Positions 53,526-63,540 of a stretch of 64,000 bases of DNA are shown in pieces (position 1 is the stretch's first letter; each line of letters starts with the position of its first letter). A model generated the notes under the pieces. The model was not told where the DNA came from. It saw nothing but the letters and a program-made list of their open reading frames with translations, and made no database searches. Origin of the DNA: an uncultured Acidimicrobiaceae bacterium (lineage in GTDB: Bacteria; Actinomycetota; Acidimicrobiia; Acidimicrobiales; RAAP-2); contig CAVZFG010000003.1 of assembly GCA_963774485.1 (NCBI GenBank), positions 1,150 through 65,149 of the forward strand, written 5' to 3'. A program made the translations under genes and the position numbers.

Positions 53526-55251
53526 ATGCCTGAAGGCCGCCCCCCGATCTCGTCGGCCCGGATCGCGACCGGGGACATCGCACGCCACTCCTTCGCCATC
53601 GTCCGCCGGGGCTTCGACACCGACGAGGTGCGCGCCTACCTCCAGTCGGTGGCCCGGAGCCTCGAGGGGCTCGAGGAACGCGAGCAGGAGCTGCGGACGG
53701 CCCTGGCCGAGGCGGAGGAGCGGGCCGCCCATCCGGTGGTCGACGAGGCGACCCTGACGACGTCGCTCGGCCAGCACAGCGCGCAGATCCTCCGGCACGC
53801 CCATGAAGAAGCGGCCCGCATCGTCCTCCAGGCCCAAGAAGGGGCGGCCACGCTCCTGCGCGACACGCAGAGCCAGGTCGACGAATTGCAGGCGCGCACC
53901 GAGGCGGCGGCCGCCGAACGCGTCGTCGAGGTGGAGTTGCTGGTCGCCAACGCAGAACAGGAGGCCCGCGTGGACAGTGAGCGGATCATCGCCGAAGCGG
54001 TGGCACAGGCCGAGGCGGTCATCGCCCGGGCCAAGGACGAGGGGCGGACGCTCCTCGAGCAGGTCCAAGAGGCCCGGCGTCGGGTGCTGGCCGACCTGGC
54101 GGCGCGACGACGCGCGCTCGGCATCCAGATCGAGCAACTGCGCGCCGCCCGGGACGAGATGGCGGCGTCGGTGCTCGGCGTGCGCGACAAGGTGGAGGGG
54201 ATCCTGGGCCATCTGGAGCGGACCGACGAGGAGGCGCGGGCCGCCGCGGCGGCCGTCGCCGACAATTTCCGTGTGCACGGCGCGTCCGACGGGCCCCTGG
54301 ACCAGGACGCACTGGAGGACGCGACGACGGCTGCCACCGGCGGGACCGGCGTCGGCCGGGAGCGGGCACGAGGCCGAGGGCGAGCCGGGGGAGGAGGAGG
54401 CCGGGGTGTCCGGCAGCACGCCCTCGGTCGACGAGCTCTTCGCACGCATCCGGGCCGGGACCGCGTCGGCTGCGGCGCCGCCCGAGGAGCCGGCGGCCGA
54501 GCCGGCCGGCGACGGCGCCACCGGGCGAGGCACACGCGGAAGCGGCGGGGGGAGAAGGGACCCCCGACCCGAGCCCGAGGTCCGACCGAGTCCGAGCCGG
54601 TGCCCGGGGCCGACGACGAACTGATCGCGCGGCGCGACGAGCTGCTGACGCCGGTGACGGCGCGGCTCAGCCGGACGGTCAAGCGCGCCCTGGGCGACGA
54701 CCAGAACCGTCTGCTCGACCGGCTGCGCAACGAGCCGTCGCTCAGCGGCGACGAGCTGGTGGGACCCGAGGACGAGCACATGGTCGCGTTCGCCGCAGGC
54801 CGCACGGGGCCATCTGGGCGAGGCCTTCGCCGCCGGGACGGTGTTCGGCGGAGCCGAGGCGGCGGCCGTTCCCGCAGGGGACGCGGTCGAGGAGTCCTCG
54901 GCCGCACTGGCGCACGTGATCGTGACGATGCTGCGGCGCCAGATCGAGGAAGGGACGGGGGATCCGGCGGACCGGGTCGGGGCCGCGTTCCGCGAGTGGC
55001 GCGGCGAGCGGGTGGAGCGCCTGACCGGTGACTACGCCACGCAAGCGTTCTCGGCGGGCGTGGCCGCGGCCGGAGCGGAAGGCAAGCTGCGCTGGGTCGT
55101 CACGTCCGCCGCGGGCTGTTCGGACTGCGAGGACAACGCCCTCGCCGGCTCCGTGAGCGCCAACGAGACGTTCCCCACCGGCCACGCCCACCCGCCGGCC
55201 CACTCCGGATGCCGCTGCCTGGTCGCGCTGGTGGGCGACGGCGCCTCCTGA
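53526..55251 (+). CDS. DivIVA-domain protein apparently fused to a phage Mu F / SPP1 gp7-like C-terminal domain (at least 3 frameshifts near 54365, 54545 and 54797)
   Basis: ORF 53526-55031 has FAIVRRGFDTDEVRAYLQSVARSLEGLEEREQEL plus a long coiled coil. An acidic/Pro linker is readable in ORF 53803-54624 (EAEGEPGEEEAGVSGSTPSVDELFARIRAG). The sequence then reads DELIARRDELLTPVTARLSRTVKRALGDDQNRLLDRLR. The C-terminus (ORF 54841-55251) reads ..FREWRGERVERLTGDYATQAF..KLRWVVTSAAGCSDCEDNALAG..FPTGHAHPPAHSGCRCLV. Confidence 0.7.
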
Positions 55252-55354
55252 CCGGCCCCAGCACGTCCTGACTGTCGTCCGCAAGGTCCTGACCGCCGCT
55301 TTCCACCCCGTGCCTGGCAGTTGGGGCGGGGGTGGCGGACGGTAGGGTTCCCCC

Positions 55355-58300
55355 GTGCGCATCCCCAGCGACCTGTCCGCTGATCCCTCGCCGCGCCGCC
55401 GACACCGAGCCCGTTGGTGGCTGATCGGCTTCGTCGTCGTGCTCATCATCTTGCTGGTGTCGCTGCGCTCGCTCGCGGGCATCTACACGGACAGCCTCTG
55501 GTTCTCCTCCGTCGGCTACCACAACGTCTTCTCGACGCTGCTCGTGATCAAGCTCGGACTGTTCGGCGTGTTCGGGGCGATCTTCTTCGCCGTCCTGTGG
55601 GTGAACCTCGTGGTGTGCGACCGCATCGCGGGCAACGACATCGTGCTGGCCCAGGAGGACGAGCTGGTGCGCCGCTACCAGCAGTACGTGCGGCCCTACT
55701 CCGGCCGGATCTACGTGGCGCTGGCGTTCGTGCTGGCGCTGATCGGCGCGTCGGGGACGATCGGGCAGTGGAACAACTGGATCCTGTTCCGCCACGGCGG
55801 CAACTTCGGGGTCACCGACCCCCAATTCCACAAGGACGTCGGCTTCTACGTCTTCGATCTCCCCTTCCTGACCTTCGTGGTCGACTGGACGCTGGCCATC
55901 CTGATCGTGACGCTGGCCGTCTCGGTCGTCTTCCACTACTTCAACGGCGGCATCCAGCCCCAGCGGGGCCTGCCGCGGGTGCGACCGCCCGTGAAGGCCC
56001 ACATCTCGGTGCTGCTGGCCCTGATCGCGCTGGACAAGGCGGCGGGCTACGTCCTGCAGCGCTATTCGCTGGTCAACGCACAGGACGGCTACGTCAACGG
56101 CGCCGGCTACACGGACGTGCACGCCCGCCTGCCGGCCGAGACGCTGCTGATCTACGTGTCGATCTTCGCGGCGGGCATCCTGCTCTTCAACATCCGCCGC
56201 CAGGGCTGGACCCTCCCGGTGCTGGCGATCGGGATCTGGGCCTTCGTGGCGCTGGTCGTCGGCATCATCTACCCGGCCCTGCTGCAGACGCTCAAGGTCA
56301 ACCCCGCGCAGAGCTCGCTGGAGGCGCCCTACATCCAGCGCAACATCACGGCCACCCGCGCCGCCTACGGGCTGAACGACGTGAAGGTGCACCAGTTCCC
56401 CGCCAGCACGTCCATCACCGCCAGCCAGACGGTGCTCGCCAGCCCCACGATCGACAACATCCGGCAGTGGGACCCGGACCCGACGATCTCGCTGCAGACG
56501 TTCCAGCGCGAGCAGGGCATCAAGTCGTACTACGTGTTCCCCTCGCTCGGGGTGGACCGCTACACGCTGTCGGGGCAGCGGACGCCCGTGCTCATCGGCG
56601 TGCGCGACATCTCGGCCGGCAACCTGCCCTCCGCCTCGTGGGTGAACACCCACCTGCAGTACACGCACGGCAACGGTGCCGCGGTCGCGCTGGCCAACCA
56701 GACCACCTCGAACAACCCCGTGTACACGGTCCAGGGGGTGCCGCCCACGTCCACGACGGGGATGCCCGCCATCACCCAGCCGGCGGTCTACTTCGGGCTG
56801 GGTGAGACCGGCTACGTCGTGGCCGACACGAAGCAGCTCGAGGTCGACTACCAAGAGGGCAGCAACGGGCCGAACGTCGAGAGCCACTACAAGGGCACGG
56901 GCGGCGTCCAGCTGTCGTCGATCTTCACCCGGGCCGCCTTCGCGCTGCGGCTGGGCGACTTCAACCTGCTGATCTCGAGCCAGATCACGAGCAAGTCGCG
57001 CATCATGTTCGTCCGCGACCCGGTGGCGATGGCCCAGAAGGCGGCGCCCTTCCTCACCTTCGATCACGACCCCTACGCGGTCATCAACGACGGGCACATC
57101 GACTGGGTGGTCGACGGGTACACGACGACGGCCAACTACCCCTACTCGCAGAACGCGGACACCCAGCAGGTGGCGATCGGGAGCAACCTGCCCTCCAGCT
57201 ACAACTACGTGCGGAACTCGGTCAAGGTCGTCATCGACGCCTACTCGGGGAAGATGACGTTCTACGACGCCGACCCGAGCGACCCGATCCTGCAGGCCTA
57301 CTCGGCCGCCTTCCCGCACATGTTCACCCCACTGTCGAAGATGAACCCCCAGCTCCTGGCCCACCTCCGCTACCCGGAGGACATCTTCTCCATTCAGTCC
57401 GCCATCTACGGCCGCTACCACCTGACCAACCCGCAGGCCTTCTACGCCGCGAGCAACGCCTGGCAGCTCTCTCCCACGGCCGGCGCGGGCCCGCAGTCGC
57501 AGGCCCTGCTGGCCGAGAACACGTACAACAACCAGGGCCAGCTGGTCTCGACCACCCCGGCCCGCATGGCGCCGCAGTACCAGGTGTACTCCCTGCCCGG
57601 AACCCACGCGAGCCAGCAGCTCTTCACCGTCTCCGACGGCTTCGTGCCCGCCTCACAGGCGAGCCTCACCAACTCGAGCCAGAACTTCAACCTGACCGCG
57701 TGGATGGTCGGTCTGTCGGACCCGGGTCAGTACGGCCAGCTCGACCTCTACGAGACACCCCAGGGGACCTATGGCCCAGCCAACGCCGACGCGGAGATCT
57801 CGGCCAATGCCACGGTGTCAAAGGACATCTCGCTGCTGGACCAGAAGGGATCGGAGGTCCTGCTGGGGGAGACGCTCATGGTCCCCATCGCGAATTCGAT
57901 GGTCTACCTGCGCCCGCTCTACGTGTCGCCCACGACCAACCCCCAGCCCCAGCTGCAGTACGTGGTCGCCGTCCTGGGCAAGAACGTGCAGATCGACACC
58001 TCGCTCAACGCGGTGCTCTCGGACCTGCTCCAGACCACGGTGACCCTGCCCACGGGGACCGGCGTCCCCTCGACCGGCACGGTGCCGGCCGCGGTGGCCG
58101 GGATCCTCCAGGCCGCCCAGACGGACTACGACAACGCCCTGGCGGCGCTCAAGGCCGACAACCTCACTCAGTTCCAGCAGGACCTCCAGATGATGGACCA
58201 GCAGATCAGCGCGGCCCAGCAGGTGCTCGGGACGGCGGCGCCCGGCTCGACGCCGACCACGACGACGACCACCACGGTGCCGCCGATCAAGGGCAAGTCG

Positions 58301-58441
58301 GCCAAAACGACGTCGTCGTCGACGAGCTCCACGACGTCGTCGACCACCACGACGGTTCCCAGTAGCACCGAGCCCAAGGGCGCCACGACCTCGTCGACGT
58401 CGACGACCCTGGCCTCGGCGTCGGCCCGCGGCCCGGGCTGA
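55355..58441 (+). CDS. UPF0182-family large membrane protein (COG1615) with a Ser/Thr-rich C-terminal extension
   Basis: Intact 1028-aa ORF. It reads RARWWLIGFVVVLIILLVSLRSLAGIYTDSLWFSSVGYHNVFSTLL, has about 7 N-terminal TM helices and a large extracytoplasmic domain (..YPYSQN..RYPEDIF..MVPI..MVYLRPLYV). The tail reads TTTTTTVPPIKGKSAKTTSSSTSSTTSSTTTTVPSSTEP. Confidence 0.9.
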   Translation: MRIPSDLSADPSPRRRHRARWWLIGFVVVLIILLVSLRSLAGIYTDSLWFSSVGYHNVFSTLLVIKLGLFGVFGAIFFAVLWVNLVVCDRIAGNDIVLAQEDELVRRYQQYVRPYSGRIYVALAFVLALIGASGTIGQWNNWILFRHGGNFGVTDPQFHKDVGFYVFDLPFLTFVVDWTLAILIVTLAVSVVFHYFNGGIQPQRGLPRVRPPVKAHISVLLALIALDKAAGYVLQRYSLVNAQDGYVNGAGYTDVHARLPAETLLIYVSIFAAGILLFNIRRQGWTLPVLAIGIWAFVALVVGIIYPALLQTLKVNPAQSSLEAPYIQRNITATRAAYGLNDVKVHQFPASTSITASQTVLASPTIDNIRQWDPDPTISLQTFQREQGIKSYYVFPSLGVDRYTLSGQRTPVLIGVRDISAGNLPSASWVNTHLQYTHGNGAAVALANQTTSNNPVYTVQGVPPTSTTGMPAITQPAVYFGLGETGYVVADTKQLEVDYQEGSNGPNVESHYKGTGGVQLSSIFTRAAFALRLGDFNLLISSQITSKSRIMFVRDPVAMAQKAAPFLTFDHDPYAVINDGHIDWVVDGYTTTANYPYSQNADTQQVAIGSNLPSSYNYVRNSVKVVIDAYSGKMTFYDADPSDPILQAYSAAFPHMFTPLSKMNPQLLAHLRYPEDIFSIQSAIYGRYHLTNPQAFYAASNAWQLSPTAGAGPQSQALLAENTYNNQGQLVSTTPARMAPQYQVYSLPGTHASQQLFTVSDGFVPASQASLTNSSQNFNLTAWMVGLSDPGQYGQLDLYETPQGTYGPANADAEISANATVSKDISLLDQKGSEVLLGETLMVPIANSMVYLRPLYVSPTTNPQPQLQYVVAVLGKNVQIDTSLNAVLSDLLQTTVTLPTGTGVPSTGTVPAAVAGILQAAQTDYDNALAALKADNLTQFQQDLQMMDQQISAAQQVLGTAAPGSTPTTTTTTTVPPIKGKSAKTTSSSTSSTTSSTTTTVPSSTEPKGATTSSTSTTLASASARGPG

Positions 58442-58579
58442 GGGGGCGGGCGCTCTCGGACGGCGACGCCGGCCCCGGGAGGGCCGGTCTCACCCGCCGG
58501 CCGGGACACGGTTGCGGTGTGGCCCTCATGGTCCCATGATGTCGGGAGGCGCACGCCGTGCGACGAAAGGAAGACGCCC

Positions 58580-58976
58580 ATGGGACTGCTCGACAAGGTC
58601 AAGGACAAGGCGACGCAGGCCACCGAGATGGCCAAGGACGCGGCCGCCAAGGGACAGGCGAAGCTCGACGAGGCGCAGGCCAAGAAGGCGGCCGACGGGA
58701 TGCTGCGCGATCTCGGCGCGGCCTTCTACGCCACCAAGACGGGGCGGGCCACCCCGACCACCGACGGCGACATCGAGCGGCTGGTGGCGGCCCTCCAGCA
58801 GCACGAGTCCGAGCACGGCGCCACTGACGCTGGCGCCCGAGTCCGCCGCGGCCGCCCCGACGGCAGCCCCGGCCGGCGATGCCGCCGGATCGGCTCCGCC
58901 GCCCCCTCCGCCACCGCCCCAGGCTGCGGACCCCGCCTCACCACCACCACCCCCTCCGACCGCGCAGACCCTGTAG
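58580..58976 (+). CDS. Hypothetical small protein: basic helical N-terminus and Pro-rich tail (frameshift near 58820)
   Basis: gaaaggaag, then ATG 58580, gives MGLLDKVKDKATQATEMAKDAAAKGQAKLDEAQAKKAADGMLRDLGAAFYA..LVAALQQHESEHGA (ORF 58517-59044). This continues as ..APESAAAAPTAAPAGDAAGSAPPPPPPPPQAADPASPPPPPPTAQTL (ORF 58512-58976). Confidence 0.45.
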
Positions 58977-59053
58977 GGCGCCGGTCCGGGGCTCGGCGCG
59001 GCGCTGCGGACCGTGGTGCGTTCTCGCCGCCGGGTGTAGTGTGAACCCTTCGC

Positions 59054-59130
<77 letters not shown>

Positions 59131-59149
59131 AGCTAGAGAGTGCAGCTCA

Positions 59150-59172
59150 GGGCCGGTCTTCGGGACCGGCCC
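59150..59172 (+). terminator. Candidate intrinsic terminator hairpin downstream of the tRNA
   Basis: GGGCCGGTC ttcgg GACCGGCCC forms a perfect 9-bp GC-rich stem. It is followed by TTCTGCGG, only a short T tract, as is common in high-G+C genomes. Confidence 0.55.
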
Positions 59173-59404
59173 TTCTGCGGTCTCCAAGCCCAGTCCTTAC
59201 TGGGATCATCCCTACCAGCGAGCACCAAGTGCGAGCACCAAGAGCGGATCGATCGGTATCCCGATGACGCCGTTCAGGGCTCGACCCAGCTGGGAGAATC
59301 AGCCCCAAGTGTCAGCGGTCTTTGGACCGCCGTTCGGGATTCGCGAATTGCAATGGGGCGTATCCAGCTGCTGGCGCAACGCACTCCGAGACCGAGTGCA
59401 ATCG

Positions 59405-60082
59405 TCATGCGGAACCCGTTGCGCGTCGCCGCGGCTGATCACCCGCCCATGACCTTCCGAAGAGGAGCGTCTCGATGGCATCCGCGTGAACTTCTACAGG
59501 TTCAGGTTCGCTGGGATCGAAACCGGCGAGCCGGCGGCACTCGGGGGCAAGGGTAAAGATGGTTGCCCCCGCTCCAATGATGATGTAGTAGATGTGCGCA
59601 GGCGGGATCGCCACCATCTCGCCGCGCTCAACGAGGCCGGCGAACAACGCCTCAGTGAACTGGTACACCGGCCGGATGTGACGCTCCACCAACCAATCGA
59701 TCCGGGAACCGTCGACCTTGCATTCCTGGGTGATGATGCGGTGCAGCTGGGGATGAGCAGCGGAGAAGTGGACGAACTCGCGCACGATGAGCTTCGCCAA
59801 CGTGAGGTCGTCGACGCCGCGCAGCCCTTCGATCCGAGCGCCGAGCGCCGCGTTGAGCTCGGCGAAGAGCAGGTCCGCGGCGCTGCGCCACAGCTCGTCC
59901 TTGGACTTGAAGTGGTAGTTGAGCAGCGGTTGCCCAACCCCTGCACGTGCTGCGATCTCCCGCGTCGTCGCACCCTCGAAGGAGAGCTCCGAGAACAGCT
60001 CGAGTGCGGCGTCGAGGATGCGTTCCCTGGTGGCGTCCGCTGACGGACGGGTGGTGCGGGTCGCAGCAGAGGGCTGAGTCAT
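59405..60082 (-). CDS. TetR/AcrR-family transcriptional regulator
   Basis: ORF 59405-60100, with the preferred start at the second Met (60080-60082). The HTH reads RERILDAALELFSELSFEGATTREIAARAGVGQPLLNYHFKSKDELW. Confidence 0.85.
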   Translation of the reverse strand: MTQPSAATRTTRPSADATRERILDAALELFSELSFEGATTREIAARAGVGQPLLNYHFKSKDELWRSAADLLFAELNAALGARIEGLRGVDDLTLAKLIVREFVHFSAAHPQLHRIITQECKVDGSRIDWLVERHIRPVYQFTEALFAGLVERGEMVAIPPAHIYYIIIGAGATIFTLAPECRRLAGFDPSEPEPVEVHADAIETLLFGRSWAGDQPRRRATGSA

Positions 60083-60147
60083 GCAACGGATCGTAATCAT
60101 GCGTTCGAAAATCTGACTGATCAGACGATCAGGGGGTTGACGGTGAT

Positions 60148-60163
60148 TTGATCATATGATCAA
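60148..60163. promoter_or_regulatory. Perfect 16-bp palindrome overlapping promoter-like hexamers between TetR and the Liv-type ABC operon (candidate operator)
   Basis: TTGATCATATGATCAA lies at 60148-60163. TTGACG sits just upstream (about 60137-60142) and CTGATCAG at about 60116-60123. The segment is AT-rich in an otherwise GC-rich sequence. Confidence 0.5.
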
Positions 60164-60286
60164 ATACACGCTCGGGGGCAGGGTTCGGGGTGGGTCGGCG
60201 GTCGCAGTGCATGCCGGCGGGACGGAGCCAACCCCCGCAAGGACCCGGGGTCGGGACCTCAGCGAGCCGTTGATCATGAGCAAGGA

Positions 60287-61507
60287 GTGACCTTGAACAT
60301 CCGTTCTCTCGTTACGGCGACCTCGGTCGCGACCGCCGTCTTCCTCGCGTCGGCCTGGTCGGTGGCCGCCGGTCCAGCCGAAGGGGCGACACCCGCCGCC
60401 GCTGGGCCCCCGATCGTGTTGGCCATGATCACCCAGGAGGCGGGTCCGGCTGCCATCCCGGACTCCCACCTGGCGGCGCAGGCGGCGGTCAACTATGTGA
60501 ACGCCAAGCTCGGCGGCGCAGCCGGCCGCCCGCTGAAGCTGGTGACCTGTGTCACCGACGGTTCACCCGAGGAGTCCTCGGCCTGTGCCAATCAGCTGTT
60601 GGCCGACCACCCGCTCGCCTTCGTCGGCGAGTCCGAGCTCGGCACGGCCGGCAGTGTGCCGATCATCGCCGGCGCGGGCATCCCGCTCGTCGGGCCCGCT
60701 GCGGTGACGCCCGAGCTGGTGACGTCCCCGGACGCCTTCTCCATGGGAATCAACCTCGTCTCAGAGAGCGCCGACTGGACGAAGTACATGACGACCAAGG
60801 GCAAGGCCAAGACCGTCAACCTGATCAACCTGGACATCGCGGCCGCACCGATCTTCAAGGAGATCGTCGCCTCGGTAGCGGCGGCCAACGGGGCGAAGTT
60901 GGGAGTGACGACGTCGCTACCCGAGACGGCCACCGACGCCACGGCGCAGATGGCTGCTGCCTCTTCCGGCCACCCCGGAGCGATCCTGGCCATCACGACC
61001 CAGCAGCTGTGCGTGCCCGTGATGCTGGCGCACGCGAGTGTCGCACCCGACATTCCCCTCTACGTACCGGGCATCTGCGGCGCCCCGAACCTGCTGCGGG
61101 CAGCCGGATCCGCGGCCAACGGTGTCTACATCGGGTTCGGCTACGACGACCCGAATGAGACGTCGATCCCCGCCGTCGCCACCTACCGCAAGGCGCTGGC
61201 GCAGTACGGGTCCAAGAACATCCAGCTCAGCGAGTTCGCGAGCAACGCCTTCGCTGCGGTGTTGAACCTGCGCGTCATCATCGACCAGATCGGTCCCTCG
61301 CTCACTCCGGCCGCTGTCACCAGCGCCCTCAAGGCCGCGAACAACCAGCCCAATTTCATGGGCGAGCCCTACACGTGCAACCGCCGGGTGCCCCTTGCCG
61401 TCTCGGCCTGTGCCTCTGCGATCCGCATGCTCAAGGTGGAGAACGACAAGCTGGTCGACGTGGGTGGTGCCTGGTACGACGGCACCAACGAGATCAAGCT
61501 CGGCTGA
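60287..61507 (+). CDS. ABC-transporter substrate-binding protein, branched-chain amino acid (LivJ/LivK, Peripla_BP_6) type
   Basis: Intact ORF with a signal peptide (SVATAVFLASAWSVAAGPA). It reads VLAMITQEAGPAAIP..AVNYVNAKLGGAAGRPLKLVTCVTDGSPEES.. Confidence 0.88.
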   Translation: MTLNIRSLVTATSVATAVFLASAWSVAAGPAEGATPAAAGPPIVLAMITQEAGPAAIPDSHLAAQAAVNYVNAKLGGAAGRPLKLVTCVTDGSPEESSACANQLLADHPLAFVGESELGTAGSVPIIAGAGIPLVGPAAVTPELVTSPDAFSMGINLVSESADWTKYMTTKGKAKTVNLINLDIAAAPIFKEIVASVAAANGAKLGVTTSLPETATDATAQMAAASSGHPGAILAITTQQLCVPVMLAHASVAPDIPLYVPGICGAPNLLRAAGSAANGVYIGFGYDDPNETSIPAVATYRKALAQYGSKNIQLSEFASNAFAAVLNLRVIIDQIGPSLTPAAVTSALKAANNQPNFMGEPYTCNRRVPLAVSACASAIRMLKVENDKLVDVGGAWYDGTNEIKLG

Positions 61508-61512
61508 CCCGG

Positions 61513-63540
61513 ATGCAACAGGTCCTGTTGTTCGCGCTCATCGGCCTGGGGGCCGGGAGCGTCTACGCGCTGCTGGCTCTCGGGCTCGCCGTCGAACAAC
61601 AGGGCTCGGGCGTGGTGAACTTCGCCCACGGCGCCGTGGCGATGTACTGCGCCTATTGCTACTCAGAGCTCCGGTCCAATGGGCATCTGGTCCTCCCCGT
61701 GGTCGGCCTTCCCCACGAGATCCCCATCTCGAGCTCACCCCTCGGGACCTGGCCGGCGGTGGTGTTGACCGTCGCCTACGGGGCCGGGCTCGGAGCCCTT
61801 CTGCAGTGGCTGATCTTCTCCCGCCTGCGCACGGCGCCGGCGCTGGCCAAGGTCGTCGCCTCCATCGGCCTGATGCTGAGCTTGCAGGCGATCGCCGTCC
61901 TGAACTTCGGCACCGCCACGCGCACGACGCCTGACATCCTGCCGGCCAGCCCGGTGACGATCTTCGGGGCCACCATTGGTCAGGATCGGCTCTGGTTGGC
62001 CGGGATCACGGTGGTGATTGCATTGGCCATCGCGGCCGTCTACCGGTTCACCCGGTTCGGCGTCGTGACGCGGGCCGCCGCCCAGAACCGGCGGGCCGCC
62101 ACCCTGCTCGGGTGGCACCCGGCCCGGTTCGAGGTGGCCGCCTGGGCCATCGCCTCCACGGTCGCTGCGCTGGTCGGCGTCCTTGCCGCCCCCCTCACCA
62201 CGCTCACGCCGTCCACGTTGACGCTCGCCGTGGTGCCGGCACTGGCCGCCGCGCTCATGGCCCGCTTCACCTCGGTCCCGGTCGCAGTGGCCACCGGCCT
62301 GCTGATCGGAATCGGTCAGTCACTGTGCGTCTGGGCCGCGGCCACCTGGGCCTGGTTCCCCCAACAGGGCATGTCGGACGCCCTGCCCTTCATCGTGATC
62401 GCTGCCGCCATGCTGCTCCGCGGCAAGGGGGTCGTCACGCGAGGCGAGCTGCAGGACGCGCGCCTGCCCCGTGCCACGCAGCCGAGGCGACCGCTTCTCT
62501 CTGTCATGCTCCTTGTGCCGGTCTTTGGCGCCCTGTTGGTGCTCACGCACGCGGGATGGCGCGACGCGGTGATCGAGAGCTTGGTGACTGCGGCCCTGTG
62601 CCTCTCGCTGACCCTGCTCACGGGGTTCGTCGGGCAGGTGTCCCTCGTGCAGGCGGCGTTCGCCGGAGTCGGCGGGTTCGTGCTGGCCAAGACTCTGGCG
62701 CACCACGGCCTGCCCTTCCCGGTCGCGCTGCTCGTCGCCGGCCTGGCCGCGGTGCCACTCGGCCTCGTCATCGGGATACCGGCGCTGCGGATCCGCGGCA
62801 TCAACCTGGCCGTCATCACGCTGGGCGCTGCGGTGGCGCTCGATTCCCTCTTCTTCAACAACGTGTCGGTGTCCGGTGGCCTCTCGGGGACGTCGGTTCC
62901 TCCGCCGCACCTGTTCGGCCTCAACCTCGGGATCGAGGGCACACGCCAGGGCGACTTCCCGACCGTCGCCTTCGGCCTCCTCGCTCTCGGGGTCTTCGTG
63001 CTCCTGGCGATCCTGATCACCAACCTCCGTCGCAGCCCCACGGGATACCAGCTGCTGGCGGTGCGCGGGAACGAACCGGCGGCCGCAGCCCTGGGGATCA
63101 ACGTGGCCGGCACGAAGCTCCTTGCCTTCGCCCTCTCCGCCTTTGTGGCGGGGGTGGCGGGCGGGCTCATGGGATACCAGCAAGGTCAGCTTTCGCCGGC
63201 CAGCTTCACGGTCTTCGTCTCCATCACGCTGCTGGCCATCGCCTACATCGGCGGCATCGCCACGGTGTCGGGGGCCATCGTGGCCGGTGTGCTGCTCGCC
63301 CCGGGTGGGTTGGGCTTCACCGCGCTGGACCGCTGGCTGTCGCTCGGTGCCTACGAGCCGCTCGTCGCCGGTGTCGGCGTCGTCGTGAGCGCGATGGCCA
63401 ATCCCGACGGTCTGGCCACGACCTTCGGGCGCCTTCGCCGACGACGCACCTCGGTTCTCCCGGGTGCGTCCGCCAAGGCCGCTCCCGCGGCGACTCTCGC
63501 AGTGGAAGGAATCGGCCGTGAGCCTGCTCTCGGTCGCTGA
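61513..63540 (+). CDS. Fused LivH-LivM-type branched-chain amino acid ABC permease
   Basis: ATG 61513 in ORF 61375-63540 gives MQQVLLFALIGLGAGSVYALLALGLAV..VVNFAHGA (LivH-like half). The second half reads ..LSLTLLTGFVGQVSLVQAAFAGVGGFV..LAVRGNEPAAAALGINV (LivM-like). Confidence 0.88.
   Translation: MQQVLLFALIGLGAGSVYALLALGLAVEQQGSGVVNFAHGAVAMYCAYCYSELRSNGHLVLPVVGLPHEIPISSSPLGTWPAVVLTVAYGAGLGALLQWLIFSRLRTAPALAKVVASIGLMLSLQAIAVLNFGTATRTTPDILPASPVTIFGATIGQDRLWLAGITVVIALAIAAVYRFTRFGVVTRAAAQNRRAATLLGWHPARFEVAAWAIASTVAALVGVLAAPLTTLTPSTLTLAVVPALAAALMARFTSVPVAVATGLLIGIGQSLCVWAAATWAWFPQQGMSDALPFIVIAAAMLLRGKGVVTRGELQDARLPRATQPRRPLLSVMLLVPVFGALLVLTHAGWRDAVIESLVTAALCLSLTLLTGFVGQVSLVQAAFAGVGGFVLAKTLAHHGLPFPVALLVAGLAAVPLGLVIGIPALRIRGINLAVITLGAAVALDSLFFNNVSVSGGLSGTSVPPPHLFGLNLGIEGTRQGDFPTVAFGLLALGVFVLLAILITNLRRSPTGYQLLAVRGNEPAAAALGINVAGTKLLAFALSAFVAGVAGGLMGYQQGQLSPASFTVFVSITLLAIAYIGGIATVSGAIVAGVLLAPGGLGFTALDRWLSLGAYEPLVAGVGVVVSAMANPDGLATTFGRLRRRRTSVLPGASAKAAPAATLAVEGIGREPALGR

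Noticed and set aside
54841-55251. The Mu F-like domain, considered as evidence for a prophage.
   Set aside because: No portal, terminase, capsid, tail or integrase genes lie nearby. The neighbours are conserved cell-envelope and cell-division genes, so it is treated as a domestic domain (see the finding) rather than a mobile element.
59140-59556. A 138-aa plus-strand ORF directly after the tRNA, checked as a possible integrase or excisionase remnant.
   Set aside because: The translation has no integrase or recombinase motifs, and half of it is antisense to the TetR gene. It was judged non-coding.
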